This document shows positions 17,301-26,354 of a DNA stretch of 64,000 bases, piece by piece. The DNA is from an uncultured Anaerolineae bacterium (lineage in GTDB: Bacteria > Chloroflexota > Anaerolineae > JACIWP01), in contig CALIBQ010000038.1 of NCBI GenBank assembly GCA_938049385.1, positions 33,974 to 97,973 on the forward strand. Reading direction: 5' to 3'. Position 1 is the stretch's first letter. The number at the start of each line of letters is the position of its first letter. Under the pieces are notes generated by a model. It was not told the DNA's origin. It saw only the letters and a list, made by a program, of their open reading frames with translations, and did no database searches. The position numbers and the translations under genes are program-made.

Positions 17301-17774
17301 CGGAGTGCTGAAGAGCGGCTGGCGGAGCAGGGCAAGCAGAAGCCCGCGATGAGTTTGGCGCAGGCACCAGGCCAGCACAAAGCCGGCCAGGGCGCCGAGC
17401 AGTGGATGCAGGCTGGGCGCGGTGGTCGAAAGGGCGTAGATGAGGCCGCTGATGCCGCCGGCCAGCGCGGCCGGCGCACGTCCCAGCCAGAGCGCGGCCA
17501 TCAGTAAGGGCAGGGACGCCAGCAGGGGGACTGGTGTCTGGCCGGCCGGCGTGGAGGCTTCGGAAAAGCGCAGGACAAGGGGCGCAGTGATGGCGGCGGC
17601 CAGTGTCGCGAAGAACAGCGGCAGGTGCCGGCGGATAATGGTCAATTCATCCTGGTACAGCCAGAAAATGAAGATGATGAACAATGGGGCGAAGGCAAGG
17701 AATATCAGGGCGAGGGGGTTGTCCAGTATCACTGCCGGCGAGCCGGGCAGGCCGCCAATCCATTCCAGCCGCAT
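14379..17774 (-). CDS. multidomain membrane sensor histidine kinase (polytopic N-terminal domain, HAMP, GAF/PAS, HisKA, HATPase_c)
   Basis: 1131 aa; ~8 N-terminal TM helices; H-box FVHTIAHDMKSPLTFVRGY, N-box NLIDNAIKYT, G-boxes DSGIGIS and GTGLGLALV; no cognate response regulator adjacent. Confidence 0.85.
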   Translation of the reverse strand: MRLEWIGGLPGSPAVILDNPLALIFLAFAPLFIIFIFWLYQDELTIIRRHLPLFFATLAAAITAPLVLRFSEASTPAGQTPVPLLASLPLLMAALWLGRAPAALAGGISGLIYALSTTAPSLHPLLGALAGFVLAWCLRQTHRGLLLALLRQPLFSTPLVSVLLWPLPLYAYLVNPALWAGLLAPAVPPAGQIIPVCVGALVLGGLAQLLLALSPALRQGLGSAGEIIPQRTLAASLRARLMPLLTITAIVSIIALYAASTRIAFEQALGQMENAAGDLAGALEGTAQAGLESLDSITAAGRFADIPTNQWAGALETVELANAPFHTLILLDQTANIVAVRALGESAGTPPLNEAEFAALADAIAQGHTALSRTYRWADGQPAISMATPLLDPRDRQVRGVLIGRMLPLRQPAVEAALSMRQGNDTADRVYLIDDRGSILFSAGAPPNISTWVANAEPLRRFTVRAGQAYAENGAGGQPQLTYWRRMDRLGWHLVMETDQGTIMQSAGRLARPLLFLLIGLFAILAAGMVWELQTQLHPLGQIAQAAARIAAGELNTPLPEADRRGDEIGQLVRAIKRMTIGLGAGVEELARLVEVSQNVSARANLEHTVGILLRAVTRGMEAHTAGMYLIGTDGAIWKRFMEGEGNLPADLELYLEQMAGQTWRKARQVIVSDVHEEHGEVPLALMERANVAAFVMLPMLREGRNLGALWALWPAARPFSSSDVHFLSALASLGGIMIENNRIYHAVESERSRLAAILNSTPDTILVLDAEGRLQLANPAAEELLEFNFQERVGTPLPELISDDSLFRMLSDIARGRGPTTIELERDGRRLYVSASPIRLSGKTAPQGWVLVMRDITEWKRLDELQTDFVHTIAHDMKSPLTFVRGYASMLRDEAVSERQLEYIEKILKGSDDLTQLINELTELAEVSNKIGMTMTPVQLVNLVSEVAENMRTYAEGKGLSFLVELPADVSMVIGDPDRLKRAIRNLIDNAIKYTMAPGWVKVSVQELASAVVVKIADSGIGISQADRRRIFEKFYRVRRRETLHIHGTGLGLALVKEVAEQHGGQVWVESEVGVGSIFYLAIPKDRRLADVLEETTFLRPSGAVPPAREPSPPASHPAGPPRPAGRPSR

Positions 17775-18113
17775 GAGCTTGATTTCCCTGTCTTGGCAGG
17801 TCGCATGCCGAAATCGTGTTGCCCGAAAACCTCGTCCAGTCTACATATGGTGATACACATTGTATCGCAACACTATATATATTCTACAACACCCGCCGGC
17901 ATTTGTCAACTGAATTATTAAAATTGAAATTTTAAAAGAGAGGAAAAGGATGGATGCCGGCCTATCGGCCGGTTTTGACAGTCCCCCTGGGTGTAGGTAC
18001 CGCATTACTCTCCCCACCAAGCACAGCGGACAAAGCCCCCTGCATGGGCTGGATGGGAGCCGGCAGGGCCTCGGTTCTTCCTGCACAGGCCGTCCCCCGC
18101 CCTTCGTCAACTG

Positions 18114-18163
18114 GTCAAACATCGGCACAGCGTTTTGACAAAAACTATTCACTATGTTATAAA
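18114..18163 (+). promoter_or_regulatory. padR promoter (TTGACA-N17-TATAAA) with overlapping inverted repeat GTCAAAC-N11-GTTTTGAC (candidate PadR operator)
   Basis: -35 TTGACA 18135-18140, -10 TATAAA 18158-18163; inverted repeat 18114-18139 overlaps the -35 element; GAAGGGAAGGAGG RBS precedes padR ATG. Confidence 0.45.
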
Positions 18164-18193
18164 ATTTTGCAGAAGGGAAGGAGGTTATATCTG

Positions 18194-18793
18194 ATGTCCG
18201 TGCGGTACGCTGTCCTCGGCCTGCTGGCCCAACAGCCGCATCATGGGTACGCGCTCCATGCGCGGCTCCAGGCGCTGGTCGGCGGCGCGGAGAACTGGGA
18301 CCTCAAGCCGGCCCAGGTGTACAACACCCTCGCTCGTCTGGCCGAAGCCGGCTTGGTGCGTGAAGAAGCGGTGGAGAAGGAAGGTGGGCCGGAGAAGCAT
18401 GTCTTCGCCATCACCCCGGCCGGCCAGGCTGAACTGCTGGGCTGGCTCCAGAGCGAAGCGCTTCAGCTTACCATCCACGATGATATTTTCCTGAAGTGTA
18501 TGCTGGCCCTTGCGATCGACGAGGACCTGGCAAGGCGTGTTCTCCAGGCCCAACGGGCCGCCCTCTATCGCGAACTGCACCGGGTTACCACACAGCGGGC
18601 ACAGGCTGACCCTGCCCGGGAGCTAGGGGTGATACTGCTCCACGACAAGGCGATCATGCATCTGGAGGCAGACCTGCGCTGGCTTGACATGCTGGAAGCA
18701 CGGCTTGATGAAGTGCACCGACAGCCTTTGCCAGAACCGCCCATGCGCCGGCGCGGCCGGCCGCCCAAGCCTTTCCTTCCCCATCCCAGATAG
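18194..18793 (+). CDS. PadR family transcriptional regulator
   Basis: ORF 17954..18793; start at MSVRYAVLGL (ATG 18194) after strong RBS; PadR wHTH (YAVLGLLAQQPHHGYAL...VYNTLARLAEAGLV), C-terminal coiled-coil dimerization region. Confidence 0.85.
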   Translation: MSVRYAVLGLLAQQPHHGYALHARLQALVGGAENWDLKPAQVYNTLARLAEAGLVREEAVEKEGGPEKHVFAITPAGQAELLGWLQSEALQLTIHDDIFLKCMLALAIDEDLARRVLQAQRAALYRELHRVTTQRAQADPARELGVILLHDKAIMHLEADLRWLDMLEARLDEVHRQPLPEPPMRRRGRPPKPFLPHPR

Positions 18794-18811
18794 TTCTAAG
18801 GAGCGTGCGCC

Positions 18812-19555
18812 ATGAAAATCGTCCAGACCGAAAACCTCACCCGCGTGTACGGCAGTGGCGAGACCGCGATTACTGCGCTCGACCATGTCAACCTCAGTGT
18901 CAGCGAAGGGGAATTCGTAGCCGTCATGGGGCCCAGCGGATGCGGCAAGTCCACGCTACTGCATCTGATCGGTGGGCTTGACCGCCCGACGGAGGGGAGG
19001 GTACTGCTGGCCGGCCAGGACCTCACCCAGTTGGATGATGATGCCCTGACGCTCCTGCGCCGGCGCAAGATCGGCTTCGTCTTTCAGTTCTTCAACCTCA
19101 TCCCGGTGCTGACGGCGCTGGAGAATGTGGCCCTGCCGCTACTGCTGGACGGCGTGCCGGCCAAGGAAGCGCGCCAGCGCGCGGTGGAGTGGCTGGAGCG
19201 CATGGGCCTGGGCGAGCGCCTGCACCACCGCCCTGACCAGCTATCGGCCGGCCAACAGCAGAGGGTCGCCATCGCGCGTGCCATGGTAACAGAGCCGGCG
19301 CTTATCCTAGCAGATGAGCCGACCGGCAACCTGGACACGCGCGCCGGCGATGACATCGCCAACCTGCTCCGCCAGACGGTCAATCAGTGGGGGCGCACGG
19401 TGCTGATGGTCACCCATGACCCGCGCATCGCCGCTTATGCGGACCGCATCGTCTTTCTGAAGGACGGCCGGATTGTGGATGAAACCCTCCTGACGGGGAA
19501 CGGCGACCAGCAGGAGGCCCAAGCTCTGCATGAGCGCATGGAAACCCTGCGCTGA
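18812..19555 (+). CDS. ABC transporter ATP-binding protein (MacB/LolD/FtsE-like)
   Basis: Walker [11 protein letters not shown]-loop, signature [14 protein letters not shown], Walker [13 protein letters not shown]. Confidence 0.9.
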   Translation: MKIVQTENLTRVYGSGETAITALDHVNLSVSEGEFVAVMGPSGCGKSTLLHLIGGLDRPTEGRVLLAGQDLTQLDDDALTLLRRRKIGFVFQFFNLIPVLTALENVALPLLLDGVPAKEARQRAVEWLERMGLGERLHHRPDQLSAGQQQRVAIARAMVTEPALILADEPTGNLDTRAGDDIANLLRQTVNQWGRTVLMVTHDPRIAAYADRIVFLKDGRIVDETLLTGNGDQQEAQALHERMETLR

Positions 19556-19567
19556 AAGGAGTCTAAT

Positions 19568-22093
19568 ATGGCCGTGTATCTGACTCTCGCATGGCGGTAT
19601 CTATCGGGCAGAAAACTGCGTGCCGTCCTGACCACGTTGGCGATCGCCATTGGGGTGATGATCCTTTCCGGGTTGAGCAGTCTCCTGCCGACCATGACAC
19701 AGTCGTTCCGGCAAAACATGCTTTCTGCCGCCGGCGAAGTGGATATCACCATTGGCCATGTGAGCGGGAGCCCGTTCCGCCCTTCGGCGCTGGATGTGGT
19801 GCGAACCACCGAAGGGGTAGCGCGGGCCGGAGGGCTTCTGCGCCAGGCCGTCCTCCTGCCGGCCAGCGAAACCGCCGGCACGCAGGTAAATTCCGTTGTC
19901 GTGGTAGGGCTGGAGCTGGACCCGGCGCACCAGACGCGTGCCTACCCGCTGGCCGATGGACGCTGGCTCCAGCCTGGGGATGCCGACGTGGTGGTCATCC
20001 CCGCCTCCCTGGCGGAGCAGTTGGGACTGCATGTGGGGGATGATTTTATCCTGCCGGCGGCAGAGGGCCAGGTGCGCCTGCAAATTGTGGGCACTGTGCA
20101 CACGGTCGCTCTCCCGGGTGCGGAAGAGGTGTACATGCCGCTGGATACCGCCCAGCGGGTGCTGAACTTAGAAGGGTATATTAACGGCATCGAGGTGCTG
20201 GTCGAGGCCGATGAGGACAGGAAGGTGGTGCAGGAACGCTTGCTGGAGCGGCTGGGAGCCGGCTACAGCACGGTTCTGCCAGAGTTCGGCCAGGAGTTTA
20301 TGACCAGCATGGAAATCGGCGAGAAATTCTTCCAGGTCATCGGCATCTTGGCGCTCATCATGGGCGGATTCATCATCTTCAATACTTTCCGCACCGTCGT
20401 GGCGGAACGCCGCTATGATATGGGGTTGCTGCGCGCCATCGGCGCAACGCGGCGCGCCATCCTGCGCCTGATACTGGCCGAGAGCCTGGTGCAGGGGGCG
20501 TTGGGGACGGCGGCCGGCCTGGCCGCCGGCTATTTCCTCGCGGTTGCGACGCTGGCCATGATGCGGCCGGTTGCCCGCGACTTCCTGCGCATGGAGCTGG
20601 GCGAGCCGGTCTTCAGCCTGGCGAACTTGTTCACGGCCGTATTCATGGGCATTGGGATAACTATCCTTGGTGGGCTGTGGCCGGCGCTGTCCGCCATGCG
20701 TGTTACGCCGCTGGAGGCCCTGCGGCCGATGCTTCTCCGCCCTGAGAAAAGGGCTGCACGCACCCGCACCCTGGTCGGCGCCGCCATGCTGGTGGCGGCA
20801 TTCATTGGGCTGATATCCAGGAACCTCGGCTGGTCAGCGCTGGGGCTGGTGATGTTTTTGGCCGGCATGGTGCTGGTGACGCCGGCGCTGGTCAACCCAT
20901 TAGCTAAGCTCCTCAGCACGGCGCTGGCGTTCCTGCTCCAGCGGGAAGGCCAGCTTGCACAGGGCAACCTGGCTCGCCAGCCCGGCCGTGCCGCCATCAC
21001 CGCCTCCACGGTGATGATCAGCATCGCCATCGTAGTCGCCACGGCCAGCCTGACCACCAGCGTGTACCTGGGCCTTGACCAGTATATCAAGGCGTCCCTG
21101 GGCGCCGATTTTCTGGTGATGCCGTCCGCCATGGTGTTGAGCGCCGGCAACCTGGGCGCGGCCCCAGAGCTGGCGGAATCCATAAAGCAAACGCCCGGGG
21201 TCGCCGAGGTGAGCACCCTGCGGCTGGGCAAAACGGTTGTGGACGGGGCCGTCCTGCAGTTGGTGGGTGTGGACCCGGAGACGTATCCCAAGGTCTCCGG
21301 CCTCATCTTCAGCGCCGGCGACCCTGACACGGCGTTCCAAGCGCTCGGCCAGGGCCGCGCCGTGATCGTGAACGGGGTATATGCCCTGCAGGCCGGCGTC
21401 AGATTGGGGCAAACCCTCACCCTCCAAACCCCGGAAGGCCCACAGGACTACACGGTCGTAGGCATCGGTGTAGACTTCCTGAACGCCAAACTCGCCACCG
21501 GCTATATCTCCCACCAGAACCTGGAGCGGGACTTCCACATCACCAGCGATGTGCTCATCATGGCGAACGTCCAGCCTGGTGCAGACCGGGCGGCGGTGCG
21601 AGAGGCATTGAAACAGCGGCTCACAAACTATCCCAATTTCGCGCTGTTTGATTCGGAGGATTATCGCGCCACCACAATGCGCGCTGCCCAGTCCAGCTTT
21701 GCCCTGCTTTTCATCATCGCGCTGGCGCTGGTGGCGCCCAGCTTGCTGGGGATGATGAACACCCTGGCCATCAACATCATCGAACGGACGCGGGAAATTG
21801 GCCTGCTGCGGGCTATTGGCAGTACTCGCCGGCAGGTTCGCCGCATGATCCGCGCGGAGAGCCTGCTTCTCTCCGCGCTGGGGACAGCCTTCGGACTGAT
21901 CGCCGGCGTATGGCTGGGCTACGTGCTGAACGATGCCCTGCGCGCCGGCGGCTTCCCCATGCCGTTCAGCTTCCCGCTGGCCGGCATCCTGCTGGCGATC
22001 GCCGCCGGCATCCTGCTGGGGGTTGCGGCGGCTTCTCTGCCGGCGCGGCAAGCGGCCCGCATGGATATTGTGTCCGCCCTGCGGTACGAGTAA
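19568..22093 (+). CDS. ABC transporter permease, MacB/FtsX family with duplicated FtsX domains
   Basis: 841 aa; two 4-TM FtsX modules each preceded by a large periplasmic domain; forms padR-ABC-FtsX cluster. Confidence 0.85.
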   Translation: MAVYLTLAWRYLSGRKLRAVLTTLAIAIGVMILSGLSSLLPTMTQSFRQNMLSAAGEVDITIGHVSGSPFRPSALDVVRTTEGVARAGGLLRQAVLLPASETAGTQVNSVVVVGLELDPAHQTRAYPLADGRWLQPGDADVVVIPASLAEQLGLHVGDDFILPAAEGQVRLQIVGTVHTVALPGAEEVYMPLDTAQRVLNLEGYINGIEVLVEADEDRKVVQERLLERLGAGYSTVLPEFGQEFMTSMEIGEKFFQVIGILALIMGGFIIFNTFRTVVAERRYDMGLLRAIGATRRAILRLILAESLVQGALGTAAGLAAGYFLAVATLAMMRPVARDFLRMELGEPVFSLANLFTAVFMGIGITILGGLWPALSAMRVTPLEALRPMLLRPEKRAARTRTLVGAAMLVAAFIGLISRNLGWSALGLVMFLAGMVLVTPALVNPLAKLLSTALAFLLQREGQLAQGNLARQPGRAAITASTVMISIAIVVATASLTTSVYLGLDQYIKASLGADFLVMPSAMVLSAGNLGAAPELAESIKQTPGVAEVSTLRLGKTVVDGAVLQLVGVDPETYPKVSGLIFSAGDPDTAFQALGQGRAVIVNGVYALQAGVRLGQTLTLQTPEGPQDYTVVGIGVDFLNAKLATGYISHQNLERDFHITSDVLIMANVQPGADRAAVREALKQRLTNYPNFALFDSEDYRATTMRAAQSSFALLFIIALALVAPSLLGMMNTLAINIIERTREIGLLRAIGSTRRQVRRMIRAESLLLSALGTAFGLIAGVWLGYVLNDALRAGGFPMPFSFPLAGILLAIAAGILLGVAAASLPARQAARMDIVSALRYE

Positions 22094-22124
22094 CGGCGGG
22101 TCCTGGACTCGCCGCTACCTGCAT

Positions 22125-22174
22125 ACGCGGCCGGCGCGATAGGGATAACCTCTTCGCGCCGGCCGCGTTTTTAT
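22125..22174 (+). terminator. rho-independent terminator after FtsX permease gene
   Basis: hairpin ACGCGGCCGGCGCGA-(15 nt loop)-CGCGCCGGCCGCGT followed by TTTTTA, read directly. Confidence 0.65.
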
Positions 22175-22278
22175 ACCGGGACGCACCAATCATCGGAGTA
22201 AGTCAGGGCTTGCCCCCGCATGATTGATGAAATCCACGGCCAATGTTATAATGCCTTGCAGTGTCAGGCTGTGATGCA

Positions 22279-22480
22279 GGAGGTGTTGGAAAGGTCAAGA
22301 TTGTCATTCGATTTGCGGGTATTGGCTCATCGCCTGATAGTTGAAACTGCGGTTGTGCCTACGAAGTCGGCCGGCGCCGACTTCGTGAAGCCTGCGCAGA
22401 CAGGCTTTATAGTCGTTGCCGCGGCTTCAGCCGCCAGGCCGCTTCCACAGATTGTATGTTTGGACTTTTTCAGCACCCTC
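22279..22480. repeat. MITE-like repeat copy (inverted orientation relative to copy at 13047)
   Basis: contains GGTATTGGCTCATCGCCTGATAGTTGAAACTGCGG...CGAAGTCGGCCGGCGCCGACTTCG...GCCTGCGCAGACAGGC...GTTGCCGCGGCTTCAGCCGCCAGGCCGCTTCCACAGATTGTATGTTTGGAC with TIR-like ends GAGGTGTTGGAAAGGTC / GACTTTTTCAGCACCCTC. Confidence 0.7.
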
Positions 22481-22496
22481 GGTGCAGGAGCTGGGG

Positions 22497-23393
22497 ATGG
22501 ACTTCGCTGGGAAAAAGGCCCTGGTAACAGGGGGTTCAAGCGGCATCGGTAAGGCGACCGCGAAGGCGCTGGCGGCCGCCGGCGCGCACGTCTGCATCAT
22601 CGCCCGCACGCCGGGAAAGATAGACGAGGCGCTGGAAGAGATACGCTCCGCCGCTGTAGACCCTTCTGGCCAGACGATCATGGGGAAGCCGGCGGATGTG
22701 TCCGATTACGCGCAGGCGCGCGCCGTCGTGCGGGAGCTGGTGCAGGCCGGGTGGGAGCCGGATTTGCTCTTCAATTTCGCCGGCATCGCCCATCCGGGCT
22801 ATTTCCATGAGCTTCCCCTGGACGTCTTCCGCCGCACCATGGAGACCAATTTCTTCGGCACCCTGCACATGTGCAAGCTGGTCGCTCCGCTGATGATGCG
22901 GCGCCGGCAGGGGCATATCCTCAATACCTCATCGGTAGCCGGCTTCATCGGGGTCTTCGGGTACACCGCCTACGGCGCGTCCAAATTTGCCGTGCGCGGC
23001 TTCACCGACGTACTGCGGAGCGAGCTGAAGCCCTATGGGGTGCGGGTCTCCATCCTTTTCCCGCCGGACACCGACACGCCGCAGTTGTGGGAGGAGAACA
23101 AGATCAAGCCGGCAGAAACGCGGGCGCTCGCCGGCACCGTCAAGGTTATGAGCCCGGAGGAAGTGGCGCGGCAGTTACTGCGCGGGGTGGCGCAGGGGCA
23201 GTATATCATCCTGCCCGGACTGGAGAGCAAGCTGGTATACACGGCCGCCGGCCTGCTGGGAGCCAAACTGCACTGGTTCCTGGACGCGATCGTCCGAAAG
23301 AATCAGCGGGAGCGGGGAGGGCCGCCGCCGGTGCGTGACGAACTGCTTGCGGAACTCTACGGCCTGCAGGGGCAGACGGATACCGATGGATGA
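22497..23393 (+). CDS. SDR family NAD(P)-dependent oxidoreductase
   Basis: ORF 22416..23393; start at MDFAGKKALV (ATG 22497, GGAG RBS); cofactor motif TGGSSGIGKAT, catalytic YTAYGASKFA (YxxxK). Confidence 0.85.
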   Translation: MDFAGKKALVTGGSSGIGKATAKALAAAGAHVCIIARTPGKIDEALEEIRSAAVDPSGQTIMGKPADVSDYAQARAVVRELVQAGWEPDLLFNFAGIAHPGYFHELPLDVFRRTMETNFFGTLHMCKLVAPLMMRRRQGHILNTSSVAGFIGVFGYTAYGASKFAVRGFTDVLRSELKPYGVRVSILFPPDTDTPQLWEENKIKPAETRALAGTVKVMSPEEVARQLLRGVAQGQYIILPGLESKLVYTAAGLLGAKLHWFLDAIVRKNQRERGGPPPVRDELLAELYGLQGQTDTDG

Positions 23394-24435
23394 GGCGGGA
23401 TTTTCTTTGCAGAGCCAGGCCCAGACCGCTTTCATGAAGGCCCTGCGCCGCGGCGAGCGCTATGCCGTGCGGCGGGAGTGGCGCGGTCTACCGGCGGAGC
23501 TTCTCCCGTTCAACGTCGTGGTGCGCACGCTGGGACTGTTCCGCCGCGAGGAGCGAGGGTTGCAGGAGGTGCCCCTCGATGCCATTGTGGGAAGTGTGGA
23601 CCGCGTCGGCGATTTCTGGCGCAATTTTCTGCCGCGGCATGCATACCTGCGCGAGCGCTGGTGCCGGGTCTATGTCTACGTCGTCGAGCACGGCCCCGAC
23701 CCGGTTTCGCTCTTCAAGATCGGGGACATCTATTTCGTCAATGACGGCAATCATCGGGTCTCGGTCCTGCGGGCGCTCGAGTCCAGGACGGTGGAAGCGC
23801 AAGTGGTGGAGTATCCCTGCCGCATCACGCTGGGGCCGGACCTGCCCCTTGCGCGGGTAACGTGCAAGGCCGCCTATGCGGAGTTCCTGGAACAGACCGA
23901 TCTCGACCTCTCGCGCCCGGGGGTGAACATCGAGCTTTCGGACGCGACGGGGTATCGTGTCCTGGAAGAGCATATCGCTAGCCACGCCTACTGGCTGGAG
24001 TACACGTCTGGCCGGCCGGTCTCCGTGTTCCGCGCTGCCGCAAGCTGGTACGACCTGGTGTATCTGCCGACCGTGCAGTTGATCCGGGAGAAGAAGCTCC
24101 TGCGCGATTTCCCGGGCATGTTCGAGGGGGATTTGTACATCAGTGTGACGCGCCATCACCGTGAGCTGGTGCGGGCACTCGGCCGGCCAGTTCCGCTGGA
24201 GCAGGTCATCGAGCATCTGCGTGCCGCGGAGGCGCGGCCGCTGTGGCGTCGGCTGTGGTACCGGCTGACACGGCGAGGGGCGCTGAGGCTTCCGTCGGCG
24301 CCGCCCGAGATGACGCCGGCCGAGGCGGCGGCACGCGCTGGCCGGCGGCTGTGGCATTTCCCGGCGCGGGTATCGGACGCCGAAGGCGGCGCGTCCGCGT
24401 CGGATGAGCCGAGGGAGAAAATGGAAGGGAGGTGA
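23386..24435 (+). CDS. hypothetical protein with ParB/Srx-like DGxHR motif (DndB/DGQHR-like fold candidate)
   Basis: ORF 23335..24435; region VVEHGPDPVSLFKIGDIYFVNDGNHRVSVLRAL resembles ParB-N/sulfiredoxin-superfamily core (DGQHR in DndB-like proteins); start uncertain (ATG 23386 overlaps SDR stop). Confidence 0.45.
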   Translation: MDEAGFSLQSQAQTAFMKALRRGERYAVRREWRGLPAELLPFNVVVRTLGLFRREERGLQEVPLDAIVGSVDRVGDFWRNFLPRHAYLRERWCRVYVYVVEHGPDPVSLFKIGDIYFVNDGNHRVSVLRALESRTVEAQVVEYPCRITLGPDLPLARVTCKAAYAEFLEQTDLDLSRPGVNIELSDATGYRVLEEHIASHAYWLEYTSGRPVSVFRAAASWYDLVYLPTVQLIREKKLLRDFPGMFEGDLYISVTRHHRELVRALGRPVPLEQVIEHLRAAEARPLWRRLWYRLTRRGALRLPSAPPEMTPAEAAARAGRRLWHFPARVSDAEGGASASDEPREKMEGR

Positions 24436-24640
24436 AACCCCACCTCTGGCCCTTCCTCGTGCACAAGGGGCAAGGAACGCGGGTAAAAATCCCTGCCAGG
24501 CTTTGGAATATGAGCCGACTGCTTCGGCGCCTGACGAAGAACACCCGGCCTTTCCCGCATGCAGGGAGGGGAGCCGGCGGCCGGCCTTGGTATCGTGACC
24601 GTGGTGGAAAACGTTTACTGCAGTTGCTCAGGAGGCGCCT

Positions 24641-25678
24641 ATGACTCGACCGACGAAACGAACCAACTCCTCTGCCACCAGGTCCAGCCCCGTCATCGCC
24701 ATCGCGGTGGGGGTGTTCGTGCTGATGGCAGTGGGCGTGATGCTGTGGCGCGCTTTTTCCTTGCCCGCCGGCGGCGAAGTGCCGGCCCCAACCCCAACGC
24801 TGGCAGAGCAAGGACAGATCGCACGCCCGCCCACAGTCTCCCCGACCCGCTCTGCGTTGGTGCTGGGCATCGCCCACACCAACGACACGTGGGGCTATCT
24901 TTTCCCCTGCGGCTGACGGCCCAAGGTTGGTGGAGTGACCCGTCGGGCCACAAAGCTGGATGAATTCCGCGACAGCCTGCGCCATGTGCTGGTGCTGGAT
25001 GCCGGCAACAGCTTGGTAGGTGATGGGTATATGGCGGACCGGAGCAAAGGCGCCACCAGCGTCGAAGCGATGAACCGGCTGGGCTATGACGCCATGGCGC
25101 TGGGGCCGAAGGACCTGGCGTTGGGTGAGGAGGTGCTCCGCAAGCGGATGGCGGAGGCGCGCTTTGCTGTGCTGTCGGCCAATGTGCGGGCGGCCGGCAC
25201 GGGCCAGCTCCTGGCGCCGGCCTATGTGGTGCGGGAGCTAAGCGGCCACCGCATTGCCATTATCGGGCTGACCGAGAAGGAGGATGTGCCGGGGTTCATC
25301 ATTGATGACCCGCTGGAGACCCTGCGCCGGCTGGTGCCGGAGGTTGCCGCGACCAGCGATATCGTCATCCTGCTGACGCACACGCCGGTGAGCCAGACGC
25401 GCCAGCTCCTGCAAGCGGTGGGAGGGATTGATATCGCGGTGACCGGTGGGGTCGAGCCTCTGCCGAATGGCGAGATGGTGGGGGAGACGTTCCTGGTGCA
25501 TGCGGATGTGCCGTCGCCTGGGCATGCCGGCCGGTACCTGGGGCTGGTGACGGCGGTGTTTGATGGGGAAGGCCGGCTGGTGGAGAGGAAGCACGAGATC
25601 GTTGCGCTGATGGAGGATATCCCCGAGGACCCAGCGATGCTGGACTGGATGATCAACGAGGCGCCGTATATGGAGTGA
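24641..25678 (+). pseudogene. membrane-anchored 5'-nucleotidase/metallophosphoesterase-like gene interrupted by in-frame TGA (24914-24916)
   Basis: ORFs 24641..24916 and 24935..25678 share one frame; translation across the TGA gives ...LVLGIAHTNDTWGYLFPCG*RPKVGGVTRRATKLDEFRDSLRHVLVLDAGNSLVGD..., continuous with the UshA-type N-terminal domain (HTNDxHG...GGxARxAT...LLLDAGD...GYDAMAxG). Confidence 0.6.
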
Positions 25679-25757
25679 GGAAGCGCCAGCATGTTCGCAG
25701 GAGATACCCGCCAATCCGCAGACGCTCACGCCGATAGGTTGGCTGTCACCTCGCGGT

Positions 25758-26354
25758 TCAGCGTTTGGGCCGGCTGATGATGGATAGGTAGCGCGCTTCC
25801 TCATCTCCCAGGGCGCGCACGCTCTCTAGATAGCGGTTCTCGAAGTAAATGCTGTCGCCGGCCGCTAGCTCGTAGGTCTCGCCGGCAATGGTGACCTCGA
25901 TGCGGCCGGCGAGCACCAGGATGCACTCTTCGGAGGGTTCCGCCAGCGGCTGCTGCACCATGTTGCCGGCATCGGCACGCGCCTTGACCTCGAAGACCAC
26001 CAGGTCGCGCGTCAACTGCGGAGTGACGATCTCATACGTGACATTGCCGGGCGGGAAGGTCATGCGCGCCCGACGGTGGTAGCGCACGATGGGCGTATGG
26101 TTGGGCGGCTCCCCCATGAGCTGATAAATGGGGAGCTTGAGTGCGTTGGCGATGCGGCGGATGGATGCTAGGGTCGGATTGCCGATGCCGCGCTCCAGGT
26201 TATTGATGAAGGTGGGGCTTAGATCGGTGATTTTGGCCAGATCGCGCAGGCTCAAGCCCATTTCCTTGCGCCGGGCGCGGATGCGCTCTCCGATATGAAG
26301 CCCTACATTGCGGTCGCTCGTGTAACTTTCCTCAGGGTCCTGTGGTCCAATCAT
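25758..26354 (-). CDS. XRE-family HTH transcriptional regulator with C-terminal cupin domain
   Basis: HTH_XRE (IRARRKEMGLSLRDLAKITDLSPTFINNLERG) and cupin barrel (ECILVLAGRIEVTIAGETYELAAGDSIYFEN). Confidence 0.8.
   Translation of the reverse strand: MIGPQDPEESYTSDRNVGLHIGERIRARRKEMGLSLRDLAKITDLSPTFINNLERGIGNPTLASIRRIANALKLPIYQLMGEPPNHTPIVRYHRRARMTFPPGNVTYEIVTPQLTRDLVVFEVKARADAGNMVQQPLAEPSEECILVLAGRIEVTIAGETYELAAGDSIYFENRYLESVRALGDEEARYLSIISRPKR

Noticed and set aside
20900-22051. 383-aa minus-strand ORF opposite the FtsX permease gene
   Set aside because: Antisense shadow ORF, low complexity
24914-24916. Selenocysteine codon call
   Set aside because: No convincing SECIS-like hairpin immediately downstream and no selenium-utilisation genes in the window; pseudogene or sequencing error more likely
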